Below are positions 34,085 through 43,760 of a stretch of DNA of 64,000 nt, piece after piece. How positions within the stretch are numbered: the stretch's first letter is position 1; the number at the start of each line of letters is the position of its first letter. Both the position numbers and the translations under genes were made by a program. The DNA is from Candidatus Kerfeldbacteria bacterium (GTDB lineage Bacteria; Patescibacteriota; Patescibacteriia; UBA10025; JAHIVO01): positions 1,169,329 through 1,233,328 of the forward strand of contig CP181398.1 in the NCBI GenBank assembly GCA_047946875.1. Direction: 5' to 3'. The notes under the pieces are model-generated. The model worked only from the letters and a program-made list of their open reading frames with translations, was not told where the DNA came from and did no database searches.

Positions 34085-34120
34085 TTTCAGGTAGAGCCTG
34101 ATCCGGCTATGCCGGAAATT
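34085..34120. repeat. 34-nt GC palindromic element, inverted copy
   Basis: tttcaggtagagcctgatccggctatgccggaaa equals the reverse complement of 29248-29280 with two substitutions. Confidence 0.7.
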
Positions 34121-34140
34121 AACAAATAAAATATAATAAA

Positions 34141-35427
34141 ATGAATGTAAAAGTAAATAAATTACCGAAAAGCGAAGTAGAATTGGTAATTGAACTAAGT
34201 CAGGACGAATTAAAGCCGTTTATCGAAAAAGCTGTTAAAGATATATCTAAAAAAACAGAGATTAAAGGATTTCGTCCAGGTATGGCGCCATACGAAGTGC
34301 TAGAAAAGCAGGTTGGTGCGATGCAAATTTATCAAGAAGCTGGAGAGAATGCTATTAGAGATACATATCCAAAAGCGGTTATAGATAATAAATTATTAAC
34401 TATTGGTCAACCAAAAATTGATTTAGAAAAAATTGCTCCAGAGAATCCATTTATCTATAAGGCAAGAGTATCTTTGGTGCCAGAAGTGACTTTAGGTGAG
34501 TATAAAACTATTAAGGTTGAAAAAAAAGAAGTAAAAGTTGAAGATAAAGATATTGAAGGAACAATAAAAAATATTCAGAAAATGTTTGCAAAAGAGACTA
34601 AGTCGGATAAACCTGTAACCATGGGCAATAAGATTGAAGTCGACATGGATACTTATGTAGATAAGGTTGCTATTGATGGTGGGCAAAGTAAAGGACAGCA
34701 AGTAATGGTCGGTGAGGGTCAATATATTCCCGGCTTTGAGGATAATTTAGTTGGCATGACTATAGGGCAGGAAAAAGAATTTCAACTTAAATTTCCAAAA
34801 GAGTATCATAAAAAAGATTTGGCAGGTAAGCCAGTAGATTTTAAAGTGAAAGTTAATTCAATATTTATAATGGAAGAACCGCCTGTTGATGACGCATTGG
34901 CGAAACAAGCAGGACAGTTTGAAACACTTGCTGATATGAAAAAACAATTAGAGAAAAACATTCTTCAAGAAAAAAATAACAAAGAGAAACAACGTTGGGA
35001 ATTGGGAGTGATTGAAAAGCTAATTTCTATTTCAAAATTTGGAGAGATTCCAGAAGTATTATTAGGTTATGAACTTAATAAAATGATACATGAGCTAGAA
35101 CATGAGGTTACTACTCAAGGGATGAAGTTTGAAGATTATTTAGCAAGTATCAAAAAATCAGCAGAGGACCTTAAAAAAGAATTCGTACCTCAAGCAGAGA
35201 AAAGAATAAAAACATCTCTCTCATTACGAAATATCGCGAGTAAAGAAAAGGTGGTTGTAGATGATAGTGAGGTAGCAAAAGAGATTGAAGCTGCAAAGGT
35301 ACAATATCAAAGTCAACCTGATATGTTGAAGCAATTTGAGACAGATGAATATAAAGAATACATCCGGAACATATTAAGAAGTCAGAAAGTGTTTAAGTTT
35401 TTAGAAAAACAGAGTTCAGTAAAATAA
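34141..35427 (+). CDS. tig: trigger factor
   Basis: N-terminal ribosome-binding GFRPG motif, FKBP-like middle, C-terminal arm domain. Confidence 0.9.
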   Translation: MNVKVNKLPKSEVELVIELSQDELKPFIEKAVKDISKKTEIKGFRPGMAPYEVLEKQVGAMQIYQEAGENAIRDTYPKAVIDNKLLTIGQPKIDLEKIAPENPFIYKARVSLVPEVTLGEYKTIKVEKKEVKVEDKDIEGTIKNIQKMFAKETKSDKPVTMGNKIEVDMDTYVDKVAIDGGQSKGQQVMVGEGQYIPGFEDNLVGMTIGQEKEFQLKFPKEYHKKDLAGKPVDFKVKVNSIFIMEEPPVDDALAKQAGQFETLADMKKQLEKNILQEKNNKEKQRWELGVIEKLISISKFGEIPEVLLGYELNKMIHELEHEVTTQGMKFEDYLASIKKSAEDLKKEFVPQAEKRIKTSLSLRNIASKEKVVVDDSEVAKEIEAAKVQYQSQPDMLKQFETDEYKEYIRNILRSQKVFKFLEKQSSVK

Positions 35428-35479
35428 ATTAGAGATTAGAAAAAGCGTCGATAATAATTCGGCGCTTTTTGTATATGTA

Positions 35480-35827
35480 TTATTCCCAAAAAAAATTCTT
35501 TAGCCAATTGACTATAGTTATAAGGAACGCACCCCCAACTAAAGCCCAAAAACCATTTATATCACAACCATCTACCCAGGCTGCTACCAAATATAGAACA
35601 ACGACATTGGCAAATAAAATTGCCAAACTCCAGCAGAAAATCCATAACGGTAGAGTTGCAATAAACAATAATGGTCTCACTACCCAATTGAGAATGGTCA
35701 GTATTATAACGCAGCAAATTGCTGTCCATAAGCCATCAACTTCAAACCCAGGGATCAGGTGTGCAATAAACATGAATATTAATGCATTGATGAACAATCT
35801 TATAATTAGTCCCACTTTTTCCTCCAA
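35480..35827 (-). CDS. phage-holin-4 / YvlD-family small membrane protein
   Basis: LPGFEVDG...VRPLL...LP...VDG..INGFW pattern. The overlapping plus-strand ORF 35469-35837 is rejected. Confidence 0.7.
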   Translation of the reverse strand: MEEKVGLIIRLFINALIFMFIAHLIPGFEVDGLWTAICCVIILTILNWVVRPLLFIATLPLWIFCWSLAILFANVVVLYLVAAWVDGCDINGFWALVGGAFLITIVNWLKNFFWE

Positions 35828-35942
35828 AAGATTTTAAACGAGCATCTTGATTCAATTAAATTATCTCAAATACCTTTCTTTGTCAATGAATAAAAAAACC
35901 GTATGTTTAAGTACGGTTTTATAATAATTTGGTTTGAATTAG

Positions 35943-36182
35943 CTACACTTCTGAATAACTAGAAATCATTGACTTTGAAGCAGCTCCAGCTGGTCCAACA
36001 AATTTGTCATTATCATATATGATTGTTTCTGTCCGGATATTTCCAGCAACAGATGATTCGCCTTTGATATTAGGATCACAGACTGCCATAAGCATTATTG
36101 TGCTACGAAATGCTGCCTCAAGTTTTGCGTCGTGGAGACGAGTAGTCACTTTTATAGTACGAGCAACTGTTTTCTTGTCCAT
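35943..36182 (-). CDS. hypothetical protein (79 aa), monocistronic
   Basis: ORF track. Own TTGACA-type promoter (~36240-36270, minus strand) and hairpin terminator (35895-35925). Higher GC. Confidence 0.5.
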   Translation of the reverse strand: MDKKTVARTIKVTTRLHDAKLEAAFRSTIMLMAVCDPNIKGESSVAGNIRTETIIYDNDKFVGPAGAASKSMISSYSEV

Positions 36183-36357
36183 GATTTTTCCTCCTAGAAA
36201 AATTATTGAATGTGCTTCTTAATTAAGTCAAATTACATTAAATACCTTTTTATGTCAATAAATAACTTAACATCAATTTTATTGACTAATCTACAATAAA
36301 AGTCTAAGATAATCAAACAAACATAGTTCTTTTCATAATATAGGGAGGTATAAATTA

Positions 36358-36987
36358 ATGTTTTTTTACAGTATTGCTTGGATATTATTCAGGATTATAG
36401 GTTTAATTTGCGGAATGAAAAGTAATGGTGCTAATAACATCCCAAAAACAGGGACTTATATTCTGGCATCCAACCATCAATTTAGTCTTGATCCATTTTT
36501 CCTTGGAGCATGGATTTGGCGGCCGGTACATTTCTTTGCCAAAAAAGAATTATGGAACAATAAGATTCAGGGATGGCTGATTTCAAGAATGCACGCTTTT
36601 CCTGTGAATCGTAACGCCGTGGACCGGAAGGTTTTCAGATTGATTTTCAAAGTATTTGATTCCGGACAAGGTTTGGTATTTTTCCCCGAGGGAACTCGAG
36701 GATCAGGAGACACTCTTCTACCTGGCAAACCGGGATTGGGATTGATTATTAAGTTGTACTGCACTAAGCCGAACGGCACACCGATGCCTATAGTTCCGGT
36801 TTATCTCCAAAATTCACATCAGCTTTCTGCTTGTTTTTGGAGAAAGGAAAAATTGGCATTAAGAATTGGTAACCCGATTCCCGCAGATGTGGTAGCTAGA
36901 TATCTTACCACCGGAAAAGATGGCTATCAAAAACTTGCAGATCTTATAATGCAAGAAATATTGAAACTTAAACAATTAGACGGATGA
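36358..36987 (+). CDS. 1-acyl-sn-glycerol-3-phosphate acyltransferase-like (third PlsC-type enzyme in the window)
   Basis: NHQFSLDP and FPEGTRG motifs. Noticeably higher GC. Terminator GACGGATG...CATCCGTC+T7 at ~36978-37005. Confidence 0.8.
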   Translation: MFFYSIAWILFRIIGLICGMKSNGANNIPKTGTYILASNHQFSLDPFFLGAWIWRPVHFFAKKELWNNKIQGWLISRMHAFPVNRNAVDRKVFRLIFKVFDSGQGLVFFPEGTRGSGDTLLPGKPGLGLIIKLYCTKPNGTPMPIVPVYLQNSHQLSACFWRKEKLALRIGNPIPADVVARYLTTGKDGYQKLADLIMQEILKLKQLDG

Positions 36988-37067
36988 CCCATCCGTCTTT
37001 TTTTACACAAATAAAAAAACCTTGCCTGATGTGGCAAGATTTATCAAAAAATTAAAAAGACGTCTGA

Positions 37068-37220
37068 TTAAAGAACGTCTTTAAATATAACTGGAGCATT
37101 TTCATCATCTTCTGTCTCTGCGTCGATCACTAGCCTTGGTGTTGTGTCAATGTGACTGTATGCTTCTAGAATCTCTTCCTCTTTTGTTTGGGTTGGATTC
37201 TTGATTGTTAAGAAAGGCAT
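37068..37220 (-). CDS. small acidic protein (50 aa; below ORF-track cutoff)
   Basis: Own translation: MPFLTIKNPTQTKEEEILEAYSHIDTTPRLVIDAETEDDENAPVIFKDVL. Strong SD AAGGAGG upstream. Terminator CTTGCC...GGCAAG+T7 downstream (37013-37045). Confidence 0.45.
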   Translation of the reverse strand: MPFLTIKNPTQTKEEEILEAYSHIDTTPRLVIDAETEDDENAPVIFKDVL

Positions 37221-37557
37221 AAAAGCCTCCTTTTTTATTATGAATTGTACATTAATATTATTTTTGTTTTGTTGATGATCCAGACAAATTAATATACTAA
37301 ATTTTAGCTTATTTTAGCAATTTGGTCAATATAATTTTAACATAGTTAGAAGATATTGATGTTGTTTATGAATATTATATACTCTATTGTAAATATAAAG
37401 TTCTTTAATAATTTAAAACAATTAGACTTTAAACACAAGAGAGCAATAATAGTGAGCACAGTAAATTATTAATATGATTACTCAATTCTCGTTATGAGTA
37501 TAAATATACGGAATTTTTTATTAAACAAATTACAATCTATGCTATAATTAGCTTATT

Positions 37558-38400
37558 ATGAGTAAAATAGGAGCACATGTATCAATTGCCGGAGGTATTA
37601 TTAATGCCCCGCTAAACGCCGCAGAACGACAATGTGAGTCTTTCCAGATGTTTACTAGATCGCCTCGAGGAGGTAAAGCTCAGTTACTTACAAAAAATAT
37701 TATTAAAGATTTTTTGGATAATTGTGATAAGAATGAAATAAGTAATTATTATATACATACACCTTATTACATTAATTATGCCTCTGCTAAACAAAGAATA
37801 TATAAAGGCTCTATAGAGGTGGTCAGGCAAGAATTAGAGCGAGGCACCAAAATAAAAGCAAAAGCTTTAATGACACACCTAGGATCTTCAAAAGATTTTG
37901 GCAAATCAAAAGGTTTAAAAAAAGTAATCCAAGGAATCAGAGAAACAATGAAGGGATATACAGGCACTACGCAATTTTTATTAGAAAACTCTGCTGGAGC
38001 CGGAGGCACAATCATTGGTAGTACTTTCGAAGAGTTGGGTAAAATAATCAAAGCTCTGCCGAAATATAATCTGGGAGTTTGCCTAGATACATGTCATGCT
38101 TTTTCCTCTGGTTATGATATTAGGGATAAAGTGAGTGTTAATAAAACTTTGAAAGAATTTAATAAACATATTGGATTATCAAAATTAGTTTTGATACATG
38201 CAAATGATTCTAAAACAGAATTTGGATCAAATAAAGATAGACATGAGCACATAGGAAAAGGTAAAATAGGAATTAAGGGTTTTACTGCCCTGATGAGCCA
38301 TCCTGCTCTAAAAAAAGTAGACTTTATTCTGGAAACTCCGGATGATAACTTAGGAAAAATTGATTTAAATAAACTTAAAAAAATAAGAAACAACAGATGA
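37558..38400 (+). CDS. nfo: endonuclease IV (AP endonuclease)
   Basis: IHTPYYINYAS, CLDTCH, HANDS and HEHIG motifs. Confidence 0.9.
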   Translation: MSKIGAHVSIAGGIINAPLNAAERQCESFQMFTRSPRGGKAQLLTKNIIKDFLDNCDKNEISNYYIHTPYYINYASAKQRIYKGSIEVVRQELERGTKIKAKALMTHLGSSKDFGKSKGLKKVIQGIRETMKGYTGTTQFLLENSAGAGGTIIGSTFEELGKIIKALPKYNLGVCLDTCHAFSSGYDIRDKVSVNKTLKEFNKHIGLSKLVLIHANDSKTEFGSNKDRHEHIGKGKIGIKGFTALMSHPALKKVDFILETPDDNLGKIDLNKLKKIRNNR

Positions 38401-39041
38401 TTATAAATGATAGCTCAACTAAATATGCAACAATAGGCTTATGGACAATGTTTGGCTTATCTGTTGTTTTAGCAATTTTTGTATTTACTGGTATTAATAA
38501 TTTATTTGTTATGCCTTTAGAAAGATCTGAGGATCCACAGTCCGCAGATGTAATTATTGTGTTAGGTGGAGGAGTGGTAAAAGAAACTAGGTCTTTACCT
38601 TGGAGTGTTCAAGAAAGAATGAGGCAAGGTATAGTACTTTATCGACAGGGCTATGCTACTAATATGATTTTAGCGGGCGGAACTGTATCAGGGGAATCAT
38701 ATACTGAAAGTGAAATTATGAAAGCATATGCTCAACTTTTAGGTATAGCACCAGGAGACTTATTTGAAGAAAAATCTTCCACAAGTACTTATGAGAATGC
38801 CACAAATAGTTTAGAAATTATGAATGATAAAAATTGGAAGTCAGCGCTGGTAGTAACTTCTGATTATCATACTAAGCGAGCTTGCAAGGTATTTGAAAAA
38901 TTAGATATAGAAATTATTTGTATATCAGCTTCACTGGATTCTATTTTTGAAAAAGATGGATTTAGACGCTTGATAGATGCTCGATCAATTTTTAGAGAAT
39001 ATATAGCTACAGTTTATTATTATTTAAGAGGATATTTGTAA
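38397..39041 (+). CDS. YdcF/ElyC (DUF218) family protein
   Basis: IIVLGGG...TSDYH pattern. N-terminal TM helix. Confidence 0.8.
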   Translation: MIINDSSTKYATIGLWTMFGLSVVLAIFVFTGINNLFVMPLERSEDPQSADVIIVLGGGVVKETRSLPWSVQERMRQGIVLYRQGYATNMILAGGTVSGESYTESEIMKAYAQLLGIAPGDLFEEKSSTSTYENATNSLEIMNDKNWKSALVVTSDYHTKRACKVFEKLDIEIICISASLDSIFEKDGFRRLIDARSIFREYIATVYYYLRGYL

Positions 39042-39042
39042 T

Positions 39043-39780
39043 ATGAAATTAACAATTTTAGGTTCTGGGACATGTGTTCCTTCAGTGAAAAGAGCGAGTC
39101 CCTCAATTTATTTGGAGATTAAAGATAAAAAAATATTATTAGATATTGGTCCAGGATCACTCCGACAACTTGCAAAAGTTAGTCCTCAGGCATATCAGAA
39201 ATTAGATATTGTATTTATTAGTCATCGCCATACGGATCATATTTCTGATTTACGACCACTTGTTCAGGCACTTAATTGGACTCCAGGTTTCACTCGAAGA
39301 AAAAAATTAAATATTGTTGCGCATCAAAAAACTAAACCATTTATTAATAGTACATTAAAGGAGTCAATTTATTTTAAATCAGTTTTTTATTCAATGAAAA
39401 AAACAAAACAAATAATTAATGGTATTAAGTTTGAAACAATACAAGGTAATCATAATGAAACAAGTTTAATTGTAAAAATTACATATAATAAAAAAACAAT
39501 TGTATATACTGCTGATACGGATTATAATCCGGATTTAAGTTTAATTGCTAATAAGTGTGATTTACTTATTACAGAGAACTCATTTCCGGCTCCAATGCAA
39601 GCGGAAGGACATTTAAATTCATTTCAGGCTGCGGAAATGGCAACATTAGTTGAGGCAAAAAAATTATTACTAACTCATTTTTATCCCCCTGCTGATACTG
39701 TTGACATTAGGAAACAAGTACAGTCAATTTATAAAGGACCTATTATCCTGGCAAAAGATTTATTGATAATTAAATTATGA
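39043..39780 (+). CDS. MBL-fold metallo-hydrolase (RNase Z-like)
   Basis: HRHTDH motif. Confidence 0.8.
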   Translation: MKLTILGSGTCVPSVKRASPSIYLEIKDKKILLDIGPGSLRQLAKVSPQAYQKLDIVFISHRHTDHISDLRPLVQALNWTPGFTRRKKLNIVAHQKTKPFINSTLKESIYFKSVFYSMKKTKQIINGIKFETIQGNHNETSLIVKITYNKKTIVYTADTDYNPDLSLIANKCDLLITENSFPAPMQAEGHLNSFQAAEMATLVEAKKLLLTHFYPPADTVDIRKQVQSIYKGPIILAKDLLIIKL

Positions 39781-40277
39781 AGATTGGAATAATATCAGAC
39801 TCACATGACAATGTGCCAAATATGGAGAAAGCAATATCTTGGATGAACGAAAATAATATAGAAGAAATTATTCATTGCGGTGACTTATGTGCGCCATCAA
39901 TATTGACTGCAATTTTAGCACCTCAATTTACTGGCCCCATACATATGGTATTTGGTAATGTAGAAGATAGGGATTTATTATCACAAAAAGTTTTAAATAT
40001 CAAACACGTTAATCATTACGGAGATTTGGGAAAAATTGAGTTAGATAAAAAAAAGATTGCATTTATCCATTATCCAGATAAAGCAAAAAAATTAGCTAGT
40101 TCTGGTATGTATGATCTAGTTTTTTATGGACATAGTCATAAGCCATGGGAGGAAAAAATTGGTAAGACTCGTGTAGTTAATCCTGGAACATTGGCAGGAT
40201 TGTTTTACAAAGCGACGTTTGCAGTTTATAATACAACAACAGAAAAATTAGAATTAAAAATATTAGAACAAATATGA
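39777..40277 (+). CDS. YfcE/MJ0936-family metallophosphoesterase
   Basis: DSHDN, GDL, GNVED and GHSH motifs. Confidence 0.85.
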   Translation: MKIGIISDSHDNVPNMEKAISWMNENNIEEIIHCGDLCAPSILTAILAPQFTGPIHMVFGNVEDRDLLSQKVLNIKHVNHYGDLGKIELDKKKIAFIHYPDKAKKLASSGMYDLVFYGHSHKPWEEKIGKTRVVNPGTLAGLFYKATFAVYNTTTEKLELKILEQI

Positions 40278-41062
40278 AAAAATTTAAAAAAGTAGCCATT
40301 CAGGCAGCCAAAGAAGCTGGAAAAATTATAACAAAGCATTATAGTAATCTTAAACCGAGTGATATCAAGAAAAAATCAGCTCATGACATAGTCACCAAGG
40401 TAGACATGCAAGCGAATAAGGTTATTAAATCACTTATACATAAAAACTTTCCTACTCATGATATTTTGAGTGAAGAAACTGGTTTGGAGGATAATGATTC
40501 TAGAGATTATTTTTGGACTATAGATCCGCTAGATGGGACTACTAATTTTTCAATTAATAATCCCCTTCATTGTACAGCAATTTCTCTATCAAAAGGAAAG
40601 AAAATATTATTAAGTATAATTTATTCACCCATATTAAGAGAAATGTATTATGCAGAAAGTGGTAAAGGGGCATATCTTAATGGAAAGAAAATTAGTGTTA
40701 ATAAAATTAATAAATTATCGGATGCAATAGTATTATTAGGAAGAACACATAATATTAAATCAAGACAAATATTTTTTTCAATGCAGAGTAAATTACAAAA
40801 GGAAGTTATGAATATGCGCTGGATAGGAAGTGGTTCTCTTGATCTAGCATATGTAGCTGCTGGTCGAGTAAGTGGATGTATTTTTATGCCACCAGAGTTG
40901 TCGAAGTGGGATTTATTGCCTGGAATATTATTAGTAAGAGAAGCTGGTGGTAAAGTATTGAATTTTAAAGGTGAAGAAGATAATTATTTTAATGGTGGTT
41001 TGATTGCAGGCAACACGGTTATTACAAAGAAACTTCAGAATAAAATAAAAAAATGGAAATAA
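40274..41062 (+). CDS. inositol monophosphatase family protein
   Basis: WTIDPLDGTTNF motif. Confidence 0.85.
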   Translation: MKKFKKVAIQAAKEAGKIITKHYSNLKPSDIKKKSAHDIVTKVDMQANKVIKSLIHKNFPTHDILSEETGLEDNDSRDYFWTIDPLDGTTNFSINNPLHCTAISLSKGKKILLSIIYSPILREMYYAESGKGAYLNGKKISVNKINKLSDAIVLLGRTHNIKSRQIFFSMQSKLQKEVMNMRWIGSGSLDLAYVAAGRVSGCIFMPPELSKWDLLPGILLVREAGGKVLNFKGEEDNYFNGGLIAGNTVITKKLQNKIKKWK

Positions 41063-41430
41063 TAAAAGGTAAAGTTATTCATGGAGAGCATCTAGGTAGG
41101 AAGCAGGGTTACCCAACTGCAAATTTATCAGACAGCGTCCTGGAAGGTACTAATATAGCTAAAGGTGTTTATGTAGCAGAGGTTTTATTGAAAGGTAAAA
41201 AATACCAGTCCGTTTTGATTATTGGTGTACCTGGAGTTAATATACAGAAAGAAGGAAAGGTAGAAGTATATTTATTATATTATCGAGGAAATATATATGG
41301 TAAAGAAATATCTATTACACCAATAAAAAAAATAAGACCTTTAATTATTATTAAGGACAATAAGGAGCTTATTAGTAGAATTAAGCAAGATTTAGAGGTA
41401 GTAAAAAATTATTTTGTTTCAGCTAAATAA
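41053..41430 (+). CDS. stand-alone riboflavin kinase domain protein
   Basis: GKVIHGEHLGRKQGYPTANL. Confidence 0.75.
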   Translation: MEIIKGKVIHGEHLGRKQGYPTANLSDSVLEGTNIAKGVYVAEVLLKGKKYQSVLIIGVPGVNIQKEGKVEVYLLYYRGNIYGKEISITPIKKIRPLIIIKDNKELISRIKQDLEVVKNYFVSAK

Positions 41431-43754
41431 GGAGGAAGGAATTTAATGGGCCATTGTTTTTCGTTACCGAGGTATTTTAGATCCATTATACCTATCTTAC
41501 CAACGTATAGCTTTTTTATTTCATTTTCGCCCTTGTCTTTAATAAGCTGAAGGATCATTCGTTGACCGTTGAAATATGCTAGGTCTTTTGTTAGTGCTCC
41601 GTGTTGGTTAGTATTTTGTAATCCCCTTTTTACTCGTAAACATACCCACCAAGCCTTTTCTTCTGGTATGTTCATATTCTTGATTAGGTAATGAAATAAT
41701 TCAACAAATGACATGCTGTTGGCGTGATGAATGGCAATAACATTTAGAGCTGGTCTAAGATATTTATTGCCAAGTGGAAGGCCAAGTTTGTTTTGATTAT
41801 AGATTGCCAAACCTTCTTCAGTGGTAAGGTAATTAGCAGTTCCTTGTTCAAATAATTTATATTTTTGTAATCTTCCATTCTCTAGACGGTATATATGAGT
41901 TTCAATTTCATGTGCTAATAATGCTTGAAATCTAAAGGCGGTTATTTTAGATTTTTTACTGATGAAAATTGTATTTTTTTTATTTATTTGCATACCAGAT
42001 GTAGAAGTTTCCAGTACTTTTATTTTCCATCTTGAAAGCTTCTTATCTATCAAAAATTTCTCAGTTTTTTTAACAATGTCATCAATTTTTAGTCTTTTGC
42101 TTGTATCTGGTGAGAATTCTGATTCTTTAATAAATTTAATGGCTTGCTCATATTGATGCTCATTAACTTCACCAAAAACTTTATGGCTATATTCTATAAG
42201 TTCAGGTTCGCCAACATGTTTTACAAGTAGTAATTTATTTTTTATTTCTTCAATCTTTTTTAGATAAAGAGGCATTAACGGGTGGTTTATAAGGCGAGGT
42301 ATTTTCTTTAACTCATTTAAATAATAGTTAATATCTAGGTCGTGTTTTTTATAAATAAATTTTGGTGAATGAGCAGGATTTTTTAGAAAGGTTTTTTGTT
42401 CATCTTCAATATTTATGGGTTTAATACGTGATAAAATTCCAATTTGTTCATTGATAGAACATATTTTTTTATCGATATTTAAAATAATTTTCTCTTCTCT
42501 AGTTTCCGAAGATGCAGCCGCTCTGTACTCAGGAACAGTTTTTGAAACATCTACCAAAAAATCAGATAAATATTTTCCTGATATTATAATTTTATAACTA
42601 TGATCACTAAGGTCTTCCCTAATAAAGGGTATTTTAATTTTTTTATTTCTTACAAGCAGAGTTAATAATTTTTTTTCTTCAGGGATAGATATTTTACTAT
42701 TTATGATATTTTTGGAACTATGCGGATCTATTTTTGCTTTAATTGGTCCACTATTAGTAGTAATAATGTTTACATATTCATAAAGGCCAATAACTGGCTT
42801 ACTAGTAGAAACAACTTTGGTATTTTCTTTTTTTATAATTTTTGTAAATAATGTTTTTCCTAATTTTACACCTTCTATAGGAGATAATACTTTTAAGTCA
42901 GAAATTTTATTTAATCTATTTCTTAACATGACATGATTTGAAATTTGAATTGCCAAGCCAGCACGAGCATTAATTTCTAATATTTTGATACCACTTTTTG
43001 CTAAGGCAATATCAACTGCAAGATAGCCTACTTGTGTCATATATTGTGTACGAGAAGCAGCTAGCAGTATTTCGTCCCAATGTGGTATTACTATACTGTT
43101 TACCATTAAGCCATTTGGAAGTTTTTTTATTATTTTATTATATTGAACACCATATGTAGTTTTACCTGTGCCAATATCTATACCTATACCAACAGCTCCT
43201 AGGTGAAGATTTGCTTTACCATGTGATTCCATTGTTGGTAATCGAAGCATAGCAATAACAGGTACGTATTTAAAAACGATAATTCTTATGTCAGGCAAAC
43301 CAGCTTCAATGTATTTATTAAAATATTCATTTGATATTAGTAGTTCTTCAAATAATACTTTGTCACGTAATCCTGATATAGCAAATTTACCATCTAAGAT
43401 GGAGATACAGTGTTGTACTAAATCATCCCATTTATATTTTTTGTCATTAACATCAGTATATGTACTACCTTGTGTTTTTTGGATGGCAATAATTCCCTCT
43501 CCACCATAACCACGATTTGGTTTGATAACAAAACTTTTTGGTAATGCTTTAGGATTGAAGTTTCTTAGCTCTGGTAATGATTTTAAACTAGCATAAAGCT
43601 TAGCCACGCCTAAACCACGGGCTTGTAAAAAATGCTTAGTCCCTATTTTATCATCAGCTAATTTCTTTTTTGTTTTAGAATTATATCGAGATAGGTATTG
43701 TAAATTTCTAGAGTTGATCCCGAGTATTCCAGCAGATTTTGCGAAAAATGACAT
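41409..43754 (-). CDS. fusion of alpha-L-glutamate-ligase-like ATP-grasp domain and DUF1704 / QEGLA-motif HExxH domain (781 aa)
   Basis: N-terminus GILGINSRNLQYL...DDKIGTK...FVIKPNRGYGGEGI (RimK-related ATP-grasp). C-terminus LLAHEIETH and TTEEGLA (QEGLA-like). Confidence 0.8.
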   Translation of the reverse strand: MSFFAKSAGILGINSRNLQYLSRYNSKTKKKLADDKIGTKHFLQARGLGVAKLYASLKSLPELRNFNPKALPKSFVIKPNRGYGGEGIIAIQKTQGSTYTDVNDKKYKWDDLVQHCISILDGKFAISGLRDKVLFEELLISNEYFNKYIEAGLPDIRIIVFKYVPVIAMLRLPTMESHGKANLHLGAVGIGIDIGTGKTTYGVQYNKIIKKLPNGLMVNSIVIPHWDEILLAASRTQYMTQVGYLAVDIALAKSGIKILEINARAGLAIQISNHVMLRNRLNKISDLKVLSPIEGVKLGKTLFTKIIKKENTKVVSTSKPVIGLYEYVNIITTNSGPIKAKIDPHSSKNIINSKISIPEEKKLLTLLVRNKKIKIPFIREDLSDHSYKIIISGKYLSDFLVDVSKTVPEYRAAASSETREEKIILNIDKKICSINEQIGILSRIKPINIEDEQKTFLKNPAHSPKFIYKKHDLDINYYLNELKKIPRLINHPLMPLYLKKIEEIKNKLLLVKHVGEPELIEYSHKVFGEVNEHQYEQAIKFIKESEFSPDTSKRLKIDDIVKKTEKFLIDKKLSRWKIKVLETSTSGMQINKKNTIFISKKSKITAFRFQALLAHEIETHIYRLENGRLQKYKLFEQGTANYLTTEEGLAIYNQNKLGLPLGNKYLRPALNVIAIHHANSMSFVELFHYLIKNMNIPEEKAWWVCLRVKRGLQNTNQHGALTKDLAYFNGQRMILQLIKDKGENEIKKLYVGKIGIMDLKYLGNEKQWPIKFLPPYLAETK

Positions 43755-43760
43755 ATTAAA

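Noticed and set aside
35469-35837. Plus-strand 122-aa ORF overlapping the minus-strand 115-aa ORF
   Set aside because: The minus-strand product matches the YvlD/holin-4 membrane-protein pattern. The plus-strand product is low-complexity with no features.
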